Shown here in pieces: positions 12,701 through 34,550 of a DNA stretch of 64,000 bases; position 1 is the stretch's first letter, and each line of letters opens with the position of its first letter. The position numbers and the translations under genes are program-made. Under the pieces are notes generated by a model that was not told the origin of the DNA, did no database searches, and saw only the letters and a list, made by a program, of their open reading frames with translations. This DNA is from Balanoglossus misakiensis (lineage: Eukaryota > Animalia > Hemichordata), in the NCBI GenBank assembly GCA_040954595.2, contig CM082588.2, forward strand, positions 6,522,202 through 6,586,201, given 5' to 3'.

Positions 12701-15700
12701 GATGTCAAGGCTGCGTATGAATCGGTCAGTAATCTTGAAGAGACTGGAACTTTGGAACGCCGAGAGCAGGTGGACGATTTGGTCAAAGACGCCACAGAAT
12801 GCGAAGAAAAGGCCCAAGAGAGACCGCTTGACGATGAGAAGCTCGGAAAGACCAAGACAATTGTAAGTACCAAGGGCGGCGCTTCTCTTAGTGGCTATTC
12901 GCATGGCTTTGATGATGGAATGCCAGTTGGTCGTTTGCATGGTTTTGATCTGACGCCGGCCGAGGAGGCCCGAGGTTTTGACTTGCAGCCGTCCGCGGCT
13001 CTGCCAGAGAGTCGTGGATTTGATCTCGCCCCGGCTGCGACAGATTCCCGAGGATTCGACTTGATGCCGGCGACTGAAGACCGAGGGTTCGACCTGAGTC
13101 CGGCGGCCGCAGCGGACACCCGAGGGTTCAACTTCAGCCCAGCCCGTGAAGGGAAGACGTTTGACTTTGGCGATGCTTATGGTAGAGACCGACCACTGGT
13201 GGTGGTAAGGCCCTGTACCCTCTGACTAGCTGTGATGTGGTCTGTGTCGTGGATTCACCCTCGTGTTGTTTTCATCGGTGTCCTCACTTCCTAATGCATG
13301 TCGAGTTCTATGTGTGGTTTGATCATGGTGAACACCCATTGTGCTGATCAGTGTCTCTTGTGTGCATTCCCTGGTAATATCCATAACTTGTATCCTGTAC
13401 CCTTCCTATGTTCTGTAGCAGCTACACGTAATTGTACATGTACAATAAAACCTTAATGTGGTAGTGACAGTGTTAATAGTTTCAGCAGGAGAGAAATGTA
13501 GAAATGAGATAGTTTGATATACATGTACATGTCAAAATGCTTCAGTTACATGATCTCGATTTCTTTACCAAAAGTCAGTGTAAGTTTTATGTAGTATTCA
13601 GTAGAGTGTAGTTAATTATGAAATTAATGCTACATAGACTACATATCCTAAGGTATCAAAATGACTGCTAAATGTACTGTAGTTAACCTTGCCATTTTTG
13701 CACTTTATTTGTCAAACCATTCCTGCAACCATTTAAGTCCATTCAAATACCATACTAGAATCATCTAAAGTTTGTTTGATTAAAAAAACACAATCATATC
13801 ATTTCTTCCAACCAATTGTGTGTCAAAGGCTTCTGTTAACGTATTTGTGCTGCACCTGTGGTTTGCTGTTGTGTTAAATGTTATGCATTCCTGTATGCGT
13901 ATTGCACCTTTAAAGGTACAAAGTCGTTTGAACTGTTGTCATTTCATTTGTGGTAGAACTTTGCGTAATTGTCACTCAAACTTTCATAGGTATAATTGTA
14001 ATTTAAACAATATAAAAATAATTGAGTTTGTTCAATATTCATAATATTACACATTCTGAGTTATATTGTAAATATATTATCCAGGGTCACCATTGCTTTT
14101 CATTGACAAATAACAGTGTGTGCACTATCTTCCAGTTTTTATTCAGGCTAATTTTATGGACAGCGATGAGGAAAATCATATGTAGGAATTTTCTGTATAA
14201 ATGTGTTTAAACTTCATAAAATAGACGGACATTTTATATTCTTGTTCACTGATTTTTAATTTCACTGAATTTCAGGACAAACCCAAGAAGCAGCCACGAA
14301 CGGTCAGAGTACAGTCAGCTAAGACGAAAACTACAAGAACTCCAACGAAATCAGGTACAGTACTGACATTGTATAGAGTGATGGGTTTTCTAATTCTTCA
14401 TAATTACGCACACATGCATATACATTGCAATACAATACAATACAATACAATACAATACAATACAATACAATACAATACAATACAATACAATACAATACAA
14501 TACAATACAATATCCATTGTACTCATTGTTTCCTGACAGGGAAGAAAGAAATTAAGCAGGATGCCAAGGAGACGAAAGTGGAGAGAAAGAAGGAAAAACC
14601 CAAGCGAGAGAAAGACAAATACAAGCACGTGAAAAGTTCGGATTATGGTTCTAAGAAAGCTTGGTCACCAGCTGATGCTGCTCAACAAAAGGTTAAAGGT
14701 CAGTACATACTCGTAGCATATTTATTATTACTGGGAAAGTCAAATTACAGGTACTATCCCAACGACAACCCTTTTGCCATATGCTTGTTTGATACTGACA
14801 ACTTTGATTTCATATATGCATCCTGTTTCAGGTACAGAGACCATCTCCATTGAACCTAAACCATACGACACACAGCTACTAGCATCAGTTGAATCCTTTG
14901 CCCAGTATATCAAACATCACTTTGTGGCAGATCAAAGTAAAGACAAGACCAAGGCAGCTCAGGTAAGGAGATTGTCTTACAGTGTTACAGCAGACGTATA
15001 CAGTTTATAGGATACAAGCGTTGATAGAAATACATATATGGTACACTAGATGATGAGATATGAAATGCTCCAAAATCTTATAGGACCTCTATTACCAGTG
15101 TGCATGTCCACTAGGAGTACTGTTAGTAAATTTTTGTAACATCTTTTGATATTTACCAGTAATTATCTTGTGGTCATACATGTATGTATCACCTATTTCT
15201 ACAAGAAGTGAGCTAGTATAACTTAATCTAGCAACAATCTGCATGTGGCGGTATGATTGATAATATAAATAATTTCTCTTACAAAACAGAATGAACAAGA
15301 AGAACTGGTATCTCCACACAAAAGACCCCTTGACTCCCAGGTGCAGCAGTTATCACGAGAGAGGGCGCTGTTATCTGAAGTACAAGACTGGCAGGGCCAG
15401 TGGAGGGAAGAGCACAAACAAACACAGAAACTGAGAGCCGAGATCATCTCAATACAAAGGCTACATGAAAGGGAATTAGAAGAGATGAGAATAAAACATG
15501 AGAACGATGTTTTCAGGATTAAACAAGAGAATATGATCCTGATTGCAAAGGTATGTGATTTTGTTCAATTTCTTGTACGGAATAATCGAAAGTGGTGTTG
15601 ATGCAGGTGTATTACTATTGAACACTTCAACATTCTATATAGCTAGGGAACAGATGCACTGCGTAAAATTTCTGAAGAAATGGTCAAAAGATTCAGCTAG

Positions 15701-18700
15701 TGCCTCTGTAAACTTTCCATACTGTATGAAACAAAAGTACATGTAGCCAAAAATGGAAACACTTTGAAATTGTCCAATCGAAAGGCTCAAGAAAATAATA
15801 GAATTGTGTGATATCCAATTTTGTAATCGCTACTAATGATTTTTTTCAAAAATCAAGAGTTGAGATGTTTTGAAAATTTTCAGTATAACGTGGAGTCAAA
15901 TTACCTAAGGAACTGCAAGGTTTTGCATGTGCAAAAGTGTGCATTTGGACCATTGCCAGCAATAGCAACCAACATGTGCTTTGAATCCCTCAGTATCACC
16001 TTCAGGCAAGAAGATGAGTCATGACTTTTGTGGTCATAGCAGGGTAGCCATGTTTGCTGTTGACTAATGAAGTATAACGCGTCAGGTCTGCCTGTGAAGT
16101 GATGGACCAAAACAGTTCCATTGTATTGGGGTGCAGATAATGTCAGTGAATTGTGATCAGAATGGATCATTATGGCAGCCCGTCACAATGTGAATGGGCC
16201 TGCTGCGTTGTATACAGTGACACACAACAGTTGTATTTACAGAGCTAATGGCTGACCGGTCGTTAAACTGCCAAACAATTGTGTTTCCGTGACCCCAGAC
16301 GATTACAAGGGACAAATAGCACAGAATTAAAGCTAACTGTAATCTCTTCCTCAGTTGTAGCACCGAGCTTCAAATCATGACAGAGCAGTGTTACTTCAGT
16401 TTCTGTATATGAGGACGAGCAAATGGTTTTGCAACTCAAGCGATATTATGATTGAAACAATAAATTTTCGCGAAATACGCGAGAGCCAAAAAAACGTGAA
16501 AATAAAAAGTCGCGTAAAATGTTATTCAGAGATAACGATGCAGTGAGTGAAATACAAGAACGCGAAAATTAATCCTTGCATAACAGTTGCCTCTTTTGAT
16601 ATCGCGAACATTTCCTGTCCCGAAAATATCCCGTTTTACAGTACACATACATGTATACCGGTACTGCGTCCACCCCCCCCCCCCCACCCCCCTTTACAAA
16701 CTGTGTTTTCTTTGCTGACCTTCATAGGAACTCTCCCTTTTGTTCGAACAGTGTCTTTACTTGGTGTGATTGTAACTAGATACACTATATGATGTCATCA
16801 TGTGCATTGCAATACACGTTTACTGATCAGTAATGTCTCACCATTGTGAAGTCGCCCTCAAACCGTAGCAACTGCTGCCTGGGCACTCAGTCCAAATATT
16901 TTGGCAAAAATAACAAAACATCACATGCGTTGATGTTATAGTATTGATTTTGACATGTGTTACACAATTCATGTTGTTTGAACCATGGCTTCCCAATTCA
17001 TCATTGTGCAATTCTTGGATCCTGTCCAAAATTTCAATTCAAATCATTTGAAAACACCAGTCGCTGAGAGTGCGACTATCGCAGCTCGCGTTACAAGGAC
17101 AGAATGTTTATCAGCACGCATGTGTCTCCAAAACCCCTGACTTTCTCGTCTAATGGCTTGTTGTCGATTTTCAGCAAGGTAAGACAAAACATGTTTGCTC
17201 AAAGTCAATACGGCATACCCTAAGCAAGTGAGAGTTGAGCAAAATTAATTTTCACGCAAAAAGATATCTCAAAGACTTTTTAGCCAATATCCGATTTGAC
17301 ACTGAGCCAAAATCTTATTATCTTGATGTCTGACGACAACCAGTGACTTACATGTATTGTGTACATTCAGCTGTTGTCAACAAGATTCCTTTGAAACTAG
17401 CATATGCTGACAAAGATTATTAAAAGAGTATTGTTCTGTTACTGTGGATGTATGGAATATGACATAATAGTAAATGAGCATTTCTGTCTGTGTGGTTGAC
17501 TTGTTTGCAATCATGCAATGGTACCTGTTTTCATTTTAACAGAAAGTTAATGAATTGATAGAACATGGGCAAACTACAAAAAACTTTACTCCATTCAAAA
17601 TTCAAATGTGTGTGTATTAAAAATATATTTTTCCCTTCAGCTTAACAATGAAGAGCAGGGAGAGGGAACTCGGACAGAGATGAAATCTAAACTAGCCGAC
17701 GTCAAGGATAGTGGAGAAAAAATTAGATTGATGGAACGGGAGATGCAACACCAAGAAACTTTACTGGAAGGCTATCATCAAGTAAGTGGAAATGAAATTG
17801 TAGTAAGCTATAGAAATGTCATAGGTAGTTGGTTGGAGACGCTAGTCTGAGTGGGGAAAACTTTGATTTTGGTTTTCATGTGTACTTTGACAGGAAAACA
17901 AAAGACTGTACAAAGAAATCCAAGATTTGAAAAACGAAAACAAAGAAAATGAAGTAAAATGGAAGGGCGAATCTCAGAAAATGAAAACAGAACTTGTCAA
18001 TCTCAGGTAAGTTATTAATGGTTTATATGACATTCTTGATTTTGATGGTTATCCAATTCTAAAATGTGAATTTTGACATCAAGAAACTAAAACTCAAGTC
18101 GTTGACATGATGTTTTGTTTAATTTCCAGAGACAATATGGACGAGAAGAACAAACAATTGAAATACAAAGGCGTGATAACCAGTGTTGAAGTTCAACAAG
18201 AAATAGCGGCCGGGACCGGTACAGCCATCATGGGAGCCAGTAAGATTGCACAGCTGCAGGCTGAAGTGCAGGACCTACAGGTAGCTATTCACAGACCTAC
18301 AACCATTCGCAATTTGCCAGTTAATAAAGCAGAGGAATTGATAAGAACAATTAAATAGGCATTCTGAACTAGTTAGTAGTTCTTGTCACAGTAGGCTAAC
18401 AAACTATAAATACTCAGTCTGTGTTATTTGCTAACCCTTGAACATGGATAACTAATCACAACTACATCATTGTCAATGTAAGTGTAAATATTCCATGGCC
18501 CAATACACATTGCAGGGCCCAATGGAGTTCTTCATTGGCCTGGATAGATACCTCATGAATATTCATTAGACCCCAGATTGATAATTTTTGCCTCCTCAGG
18601 TGTCGAACATTGAACTGAAGCAGAAGATCAAGAGTTTGGAAAGCAGCAAGACGGACTTGGAGAGACACGTTGAAGTCTTGCTGAGGCAGAGCAAAGATGC

Positions 18701-21700
18701 AGAGAGTCGAGTCTTGTCAACATTGCAAGACAGAGATAAAGATATACTGGTAAGTTTTATTTTGGCTTGGAAGTTTCTTTGGATCTGAAGTAATTTTGTG
18801 TCACAAAGTGTCAATCCCTGTAAGGCCAATGAAAAAGAAGATGAAGACCGCAGAGTTGAAACATTCTAATGTAAAAATGCTGACATGTTTCTGAAACACA
18901 GGAAATCAAGAAACAACACGAGAAGGACACCGAGGGACTGACGAAGAAACTCAAATGGTATGCAGAGAATCAAGAGTTACTGGACAGAGACGCCAACGCT
19001 CTGAAAGAAAAAGACGAAATCATCAAGAGACAAGAGGAACAGATACAACTACTCCAGCAACAAAAAGATGTAAGGAAATTTGTTGTTTGTTTTGTTTGTT
19101 TGTTTGTTCATTTGTTCCAGTAGATAACCCTACAGCGAAAAGCCCAATTTTGAATCAGTAAAGTGGACTTACTACAGTAGGTTTTATTAATATTCCGTGC
19201 GTTTCTAACTTTCTCCAAATTGTGCATTTCTCGACAGGACAAACGTAAACTGAATGAAACGCAGAGGAGAGCCAAAGAGAGAGGAGCAGATGCCAAGAAG
19301 ATACAAGATCTGGAAAGACAGGTCAGCCTTGCAATAACACGGATAATATTAGTGACTAGATTTCATGTAGATTTGTTATTGAAAGGAGCCAATAGGACTG
19401 TCATAAAATGAATGCTGTATTGTTCTGTTTCATTGGACATTGAAAAGTCATGTTGTGTTTCAAACAAGAATACATTGAAATTTTTTTATGGAGTATATTT
19501 ATTTTGTTTATGTACATGGCCCATGTCCACTTGAATTCTGATTCAAATATTTTTGTGTTCATTATAAAGTATCACCAACTGAATCAAATGCTCTCACACT
19601 GATGTTTACAGGTCAAAGAGATGGAAAATATCTTACGTAGAAGGCATCCCAATTCCTTGCCGGCGTTGATCTACGCCGCGGCCACGGCCCCCACGGATAA
19701 CAACACGTCTCCGGGATCCAAGCCACAGGCCACGGTCTTCCTGGAGGAGCGGATCCAGAAACTGGAACGGGAGTTGGACGAGAGGGACCAGGATGCCAAG
19801 AAGAGTCTGAGGACGATGGAACAGAGATACAATGCTATGAAGGTAGGGGGAAAAATGCTATGCGGATTGACACCCCCTGGTTTGACTTATGGCCTGTGGT
19901 GACGCTAACACCTTTCGGTTCATTTCATAAATTTCCGTAACCCCCTTGCATATGGGCCGATGGCCTTGGATTCCAATAAATGATTGTATTGTGTTGTATT
20001 GTATTGTATTTTGATACCTTTCAGTTCATTTCTGCAGATTGTCTGTTGTGTAAAGTCTGTATTGCTGTAACAGAACAGGTGTCATCACTTGTAACAGACA
20101 TAGCTTCATGAGTTAGTCCAGTTTACAAATAATGAATTATTTCACTGGTATATTATGTTCAATTTTAAAAACGTTCATTTTGTTTGACAGTTCAAGTTTG
20201 AAGAACACATTCTGACACTGGAGAAAGAACTGGACAGCTTTAAGAGAGCAGATCACAGTGCCACACACCCGCACACGCATGTAGTAGCCCTGGAGCGCGA
20301 ACTGAAAAGTGTGCGTGAGCGATATCAGAGAGAAACAGAGGAATTGAGAGAGAAGTTAGATTTATATCAGTCAAAAGGATCACTGCCTGTGAAAGGTACG
20401 TTGTTGATTTGTTATTGTTGTTTGTTTGTTTAAACATGCAAGTCCGCTTTTTAAAAAGATGTCGCGAAGTGTTCTCTAATGAAGTTGCAACTGAATTGGA
20501 TATTAACAGAATATTCATCAATGTATATAATCAATTATGAATGATGTGTGTCCATGACCCTTGTAAAAGTGGAGGCGACTTTGCTTGCGTCGAAATAGTC
20601 GATCTATTTTTCTCTTGTGAATTGTTGTGAGTGATCATAATACAGCATACATAAGTGTGGAGTGTAACATGACCAACTGCATTGTCTTCAACTTTTTTCT
20701 TCAGAGAATAAATCCTTAGAAATGAGGTTGGAAGTTCTGGAGGAGGAGTTGAGGAGGAAAGACGAGGAACTGATTCTGTTGCGATTGAAATGTCAACGAC
20801 TTGAAACAGACAGTGTTTATGCAGGTAAAATAATTGAATAAGTGTGTCCCTAGCTTTAGCTGTGAGATTAGCATTTCAAAAATAATACATGTGGTAGTGT
20901 GGTCCAGTGTGAATTTTTTTACATGTACACAGCAGAAGATTGACAGACCTGTGGCAGGATATCCAGGATAAAACACTGCTGGAATTGACTGGTGCATGGA
21001 CCTATAGTATTCACACATCTTCCAGTCTTTATGGCGTATTTTCCCCACTAAGTTCTATTTATTTTATTTTTAATAGGAACATCAACAGGTGATCAACGGC
21101 ACTACAAACCCAGAGAATTTGCTGGAATGCATATATCAGATGTCATGGAAGAAAATGAACGACTCAAGCTACAGGTAGATATTCTCACATTCACCAGTAA
21201 TCTCTGAAAATTATGCATTCAGTTGAACTTTCATGTGAAAAACTGTTGCCTGAATTATGTCAGTGATTTTTTATTCTGTGCTTTGGTATCTAGGTGGAAA
21301 GGTTGTCATTTGAAGTTGACCAGCAGAGAGTTCAGTTGCGGAAGTCTATGGCTGAGGCAGAGAGCGGTGCTAGAAAGTCTCAAGAAGAAATGGCAGATAG
21401 GGTAAGGGATTTCCACAACACATAGAGTGCCCTCTAACAGTGAAGATTTCTGGGTTCTTCAAGTCAAGTTGAACCACATTCATTACTGTGTAACTCTAGA
21501 GGGCAAAATCACAATCTATAGTACTACAGTTACGACCTAGGGATTTCATGCACAGACTTGCTTGCTGCGTGAATTTGTACAGCATCAGATTTTCCGTAAA
21601 GCATAAGTTTATTTTTTTCTTGCAGATAACAGCACTGAAGCAGATCCATGAAGCAGAGATTCAGAGATTGATCATGGAAAACGCCAGCAAATTAACAGAC

Positions 21701-22825
21701 AGCAATGTGTCACAACTGAACAGCCAAGTCAATGCACAACAGGTAATGGAAAAATAACGTTATAGCATCTGGCTATCAATGCTTCTGAACCCAACCAAAT
21801 TTTACCCGGGTATCACTGACCATACATTATATTTACAAACAATATGCCTACATGTATCTTCAGGTTATGATCGTCCATTTGAAAGAACAACTGGCCAAAT
21901 ACAAGTCGGACTCGGACAGACTAGCAGCGGCTGAAATCAAAGAGAAGGCGGCCAAACAACAAATCAATTTACTGACGGAGGAACTGAAAGAAGCCAAGAA
22001 AAGTCACACACCCGTAAGTTTTGTCTAGCTCTTTGAGTACAAGTTCATGATAATGAAAAAAAAATTGTATTCAACATCCTCCATTTTTTGACTGAAATCC
22101 AGTCCTTGCACATAGGTTATATGGCACAAATACTTGTTGTATTGATGAATGCAGTACTGGACACTCCAACATGTTTTATTGAGATGAAACACATGGTAAT
22201 TAATTCTCAGAACGAAAAGTACTGAAAACACTTTTTGAGTTTATTTTCTTTTCTTCATAATTTCAGGAAATGAGGCACTTTGAAGCACTCCAGAACAAGA
22301 TTTTGAGTTTTGAAAATCGGTAGGTATCCTCTGAGAACATGCTACCTCATTCCCCACCCCACCAAATGAATACTCCTCCTTGCCTGTCTGTCATCACAGA
22401 AGAGTTCCCACCACATATTTTTTGAAGACTCAGTCATGCCCTCTGAACCATATATAGGTATTATGCAAATGAGAACTGATTCTATGCAGAGAGATACCCC
22501 AGAATTTCCTAAGGGAAGTCATAGCATCGAATAGAAACTTTTCTATGTCTAAAACCTTCAAAGTTTGTCTAAAAGTTTCATTTTTCCATTATACAGGTAC
22601 GCCGAAAGAGAAAAGGAACTCCAACACATCGTCGCCAAGGCAACCATGACGGCAACATCAGAAAAAGATGAAGAAATCCAGTACTACAAACAGCAACTCA
22701 GGGAGAAAAACGTTGAACTTCAGAAGTTCCGTAGTGAACTTGACATTCTACTCGAGGTCATAAGGGAACTGAAACAACAAGGGGTCATGCTTCAAGGTCA
22801 TTCTGTAAAATCATTATTACACTAA
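9702..22825 (+). CDS. CEP162: Centrosomal protein 162 (QN1/KIAA1009)-like, more than 25 exons
   Basis: Exons include 9702-9767 (MDEKFEQFLKE), 10210-10351 (EVPWW), 11397-11571 (DKERFFKELE..IDYSRLNKE), 11965-12007 and 12224-12312 (GMLAKVSLLDDS), 19611-19842 (VKEMENILRRRHPNSLPALIYAA..KKSLRTMEQRY) and last exon 22597-22825 (KNVELQKFRSELDILLEVIRELKQQGV). All are motifs recalled from CEP162. Confidence 0.9.
14427..14511. repeat. (CAATA)n microsatellite in a CEP162 intron
   Basis: Perfect pentanucleotide array. Confidence 0.95.
16400..16643. mobile_element. Degenerate non-autonomous DNA transposon (CGCGAAA-rich, ...TTTACAGTA end)
   Basis: Repeated CGCGAAAAT motifs and a TTTTACAG|TA terminus typical of pogo-like MITEs; the left end is uncertain. 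Confidence 0.4.
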
Positions 22826-22839
22826 GAAATTAAAACATG

Positions 22840-23160
22840 TTATTATACATCTAGTGCCGAGAACAATAGATTTTGGCGTGCAATAAAAAGCCGTACGGAA
22901 CGGTACGTACGGAACGCGCGTTAAATAAGCCTTAGTTTCAAGGCGCCCCAAACTCACCGTGTACAGGTATGCGCTGTTATGCGAACGGTTTCAAGGCGCC
23001 CGCATTCCAACGCACGTGCGCACACGTAAACAAAAAAGAAAGATGGCTGCTCACTGAGTCAACTGAGCGGTTTTCGATCGATTGTATCGGCATTTTGGGC
23101 GTTTTGAAAGCCAAGTAACATGCAACACAAGAACTAACGGAGATGTAAGATGTATAATAA
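22840..23160. mobile_element. MITE just downstream of the CEP162 stop codon
   Basis: 13-bp TIRs TTATTATACATCT (22840-22852) and AGATGTATAATAA (23148-23160) around a CpG-rich interior that contrasts with the AT-rich UTR. Confidence 0.6.
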
Positions 23161-23162
23161 TA

Positions 23163-23291
23163 AGGTTATTACGAAAATACCGCAAAGTATGCACTCGGAC
23201 ATTAGCGCAGCGCATCGCCCTCCGCTACGCGTCGGGCGATACTCAGCGCTAATGTCCTCGTGCATACTTTGCGGTATTTTCGTAATAACCT
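23163..23291. repeat. About 130-bp near-perfect hairpin (palindromic MITE) in the CEP162 3' region
   Basis: AGGTTATTACGAAAATACCGCAAAGTATGCAC...GTGCATACTTTGCGGTATTTTCGTAATAACCT, with an inner stem GGACATTAGCGC/GCGCTAATGTCC. Confidence 0.85.
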
Positions 23292-24865
23292 CATATTAAT
23301 TCATGTTTTTCATTCAAATCAAGAAAGTATATTTCGCAAATAGTAAGTTACTATCTGAAATAACATCTCTCCCATATTCACAGCTGAAGTTATGTAGTCG
23401 TATGATGTTTAAAGTTTTGTATATTTGTACAAATATTTCTATTTTATCCTATTGCCTAATGTAGATTACAGATCTGCTATATTTAAGCGCAGGGTGCAAA
23501 TTAACTGTGATTCAAAAATCTTCTAGTCTCATTCTGTGCTGAGTGAAGAAATGTGGCTATACTTACCCTGGTTAAGGTGACTTTAGAGGAAATTTGTACT
23601 TAAAATCTCCATTTGCTAAAACTTATTCAATGTCTTACAGTATTGCTGTGAAATGACATGTACATGCATGGTACATACATTTGCTGAAATAAGTTTTTCT
23701 ACAGAATAAATTGATGGGGCATTTTTATAGATACATGTACAATTTTTGCATATTCACAAATCAGTAGGGACAGACAGAGACATATACATGTAGGTAGACA
23801 GACACATAGAGGAAGCTACATACAACCTTGTACAGAAAGTCGCCCAATATCATTATTCTGTTATCTGAATCGTCTTTGGTGTTAAGTTGATTTGAACACA
23901 TGCAACAACAGCTGAGTCATTGGAGACGTTTAAAATCCTGTGATACACATAACAACTTTTAAAGCTGGTATCATCCTTTGGATCAGTCACATGATTTGTC
24001 CTGATCAGATTAACGAGTCATATGATCACTTGGTTAGAGATAACCTTTGGATACAGGTTAGTCAGAGACCTGCAACCGGCATAAACAGTACACATATCGA
24101 CAAGCGACAGGTAAGTGTCATTGGTTACCTAGGCGAATGTGAAAGTGATTGTTTTGTGTGTTGCACTGTCTGGTACTGATCATAGACCTGTCTCTTTTTA
24201 TTGGCAACTCTGTCGAATCGCGCGACAAAGAGCCTGAAATCTGACAAAGTTTGGCTGTGGCCAGGTGACAGAATGACTGGTGGAGTGACAGAACTGAAAT
24301 CAAGTGGTTGTATATAAAGTTAGAGTGAAGAATCTCAATGAAACCTTCGTTTACCACTGGGGGTTTGGGGTAAACCAGACGAGTGACACAACCTTTCAAA
24401 TTTTCCTAACTCTTAGCTGCTTGTGGTGATTAAAATGATCCCTCTTTGCGCGGTCTCTGTCCAACCAAAACGCGTTGGTGGACAGGTGGAGGGCTTGCAA
24501 TTTGAAGGGTAAAAAACGGGGCCTTCATAACGCATAATTGGCCGTACATGTACGAGGATACCAGACTGGTGACTGAAGACTAATGTCTTCGACTTTGAAC
24601 CGCAGCCCATTTAGGCACTTTAAAAATTCCAAATAACTATTCAACTCAGCCTGGGTTTCAATAACAACGTAAAGTATTAACTTTATCGCGAAAATGCACA
24701 GGGCGATGAACTTTGATCGTCGCTGTCAGAACTTAACCAACTTGTAGAGTTCTGTTGGCCAGGCACGATGTATCTCCACTGTGATCTCCTGATCGATTAT
24801 TGTTTTTTTTTAATGTTCTATTATTCGGATAGATAATCCTCGGGTCAGAGTTTACCATATTTGCG

Positions 24866-27456
<2,591 letters not shown>

Positions 27457-28659
27457 CACCATGCTTACGTCACGCACATTATGTTGTCATTTTTTGAGGT
27501 GCAAGATAAGCAAACCGTAAAATCCCACTCATGCATTGCAATTGAAGGTCCAAGATAAAATTAAGACATTGGGATTTTCTTCTTCCTTTTTTTCGAAAAC
27601 GCCAACCCAATCACTGGAATTATTTGCTGGTCAAATATAGCACCATATTGAATTTTTTTTGTCCATTCAGTACTGTATCGGCACACAGTGTTTGCTACGC
27701 ATCAAGCAAAGCCGTCCTCGTATATACGCATGCGCTTTTTACCTGTGGTGTAATTGTACAGCTTCATTTTCTAGCAATTGTATTGTAACTTTATTATGTA
27801 GAATAAACTGTAGAGATGAAGATCGCATTAAAAAATAAATTTGACAAAAATGTCAAAATTGGAATACTTATTGGTGTAAACTGGCAGGCAATTTAAACCT
27901 TTTCAACTGTCTTTTCAGCAAAAGCATCATGCAATGGACAATTGTTAAAAATGTAAACCAAATAGACTGACTTAGTTACTTACTACTTACTACTTGCAGT
28001 ATCTAAATGAATCCCTTACATATAGCAGGGTTAACTAGATCCTTAAGATCTCAAATTTCAACTCTACAAAAGTCCATTTCACGCACCACGTAGCAACTCT
28101 GATTACAGTCGGACAAAAAATGCAGAATTGTCTGAAACCCAATATCCGCAGATCGTTGCCCTCTGGCCGTGGGCTATTTCGGTCGTACCTCCTGGTCGAA
28201 GGTCGACGGCTGGCCAAAAGGGAAGTTCCTGTATGTTGTAGCCACGTACACAAAATTCAATAGACCTGGAGGTGCCTTTTTGTCGAGATTTTCCCAACGT
28301 CCTCAGCAGCAACCAGCTATCTTGCTATTTACACCTGCGCCACAGCGACCGGTTATCTTGGTGACCAGCCTTCACACTCCGTGACCATTGGCCTTGACAT
28401 TGACTGTAAAACAGTTCACAACGTACAGTGCACGTTTACATAGACCCAGTGCTGACCACTACACTGTACTGTATACGACCTCCTGAGCTTTGACCCATTT
28501 TTTACTACCGACGGGTGTCAACAGCCAGAACAAAGAAGATCACATATACATTCCTACTTAACTAAACTTTCACCAGGTCGTCGCATAAACATACGCCCCA
28601 TCCCAGCCAGGACCTCGTGATCATTGTCACGTGACACCTTGCCTGAGTTAAGAACCAGT

Positions 28660-28735
28660 ATATAAAGCCCTGATCTCGCCTGCTGGTGCTATTCCCACTC
28701 AAAGTTGCACCTCCACCACTGACAACAGAGCCCAG
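28660..28735 (+). promoter_or_regulatory. TATA box and non-coding first exon of cathepsin L paralog 2
   Basis: TATATAAAG at about 28660, then a strong donor CAG|GTAAGT at 28735/28736; acceptor just upstream of the ATG at 29776. Confidence 0.65.
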
Positions 28736-29775
28736 GTAAGTTAATATATTAATTAATCATTCAAACCCAATCCAATGTATTCTGGCTAACACCGTTACAG
28801 TATACGTGTCAAAATAGCATAGTCACTTGGTAATTAGGGCATTTCTGGACTTCCTTTATTTATTTCTTCGTGAAACTGTCTAATAGTTGTACACTGCTGT
28901 CCAATTGTTTCGTTTTAAAATTCTTGCACCTAGCAAAAGTCATCCGTACTTCATTTGAATTCACAACAGCACGGAATGTACATGTACACACCATTGTTCA
29001 TTATACAATGATATTAGCTATAGCCAAAGTGCAGAACCCGTGGACGAAAACTCGGTACAAGTTTTGCTTAGAGTCAGAGGTAATCGTTTTATTTGGACGT
29101 ACGTTATACAGCAGTGCTTTTTTCGAATGAAGTTTGCGACAACGGGAGAGATATAGCTCTAAAGTCACGGATAAAAGTTTTGCGGCTCAATGTACAGTTC
29201 GTGTTGGTTGGTGAATCAAAATAATTAAAGAACTATTAAGAGAGCCCGTCTGAAAGTGACCTCCGCCAGAGATTAATCACGAATGAAAAAAAGTCCTCGA
29301 ATGTGAGTGTGTAAATGGAACTTTTCAATAATCTATACGAAACGAAAGAACACTTTTGTTTGAATTCAATTTCGTCCGTTTGCAATGAAAGAATACTGAC
29401 ATAGAGTCTTGTTGAGTACGCAACAACATGTCTGAAAATTCACAATTTGTAAGGGGCGGATCCCAAACGCCGCGGGGATTTTTAGAGGCACTTGAAAGTT
29501 AATGTGTATGCGTCGGTATAGAGTCGGGGCTTTCTCTCTCCCTTGAAAGGGCGCTGACATCGATCGCGCGAATCCACAAGTTATCGAGGTCATTCCTCGA
29601 CCGACATTTTCTTTTTCCATGTGTTGTATGCTCCACGCTCACTTCCGCAATAAACGTCAAACACCACAAGGGCACACCGGAACATTCGGAAACAGAGTCC
29701 CAACGTTTTGTTGTCTGATATGAATATCCACCACCTTATATATAACGTGATGTCATTCCGCCCGCAGATTTCAGG

Positions 29776-34550
<4,775 letters not shown>

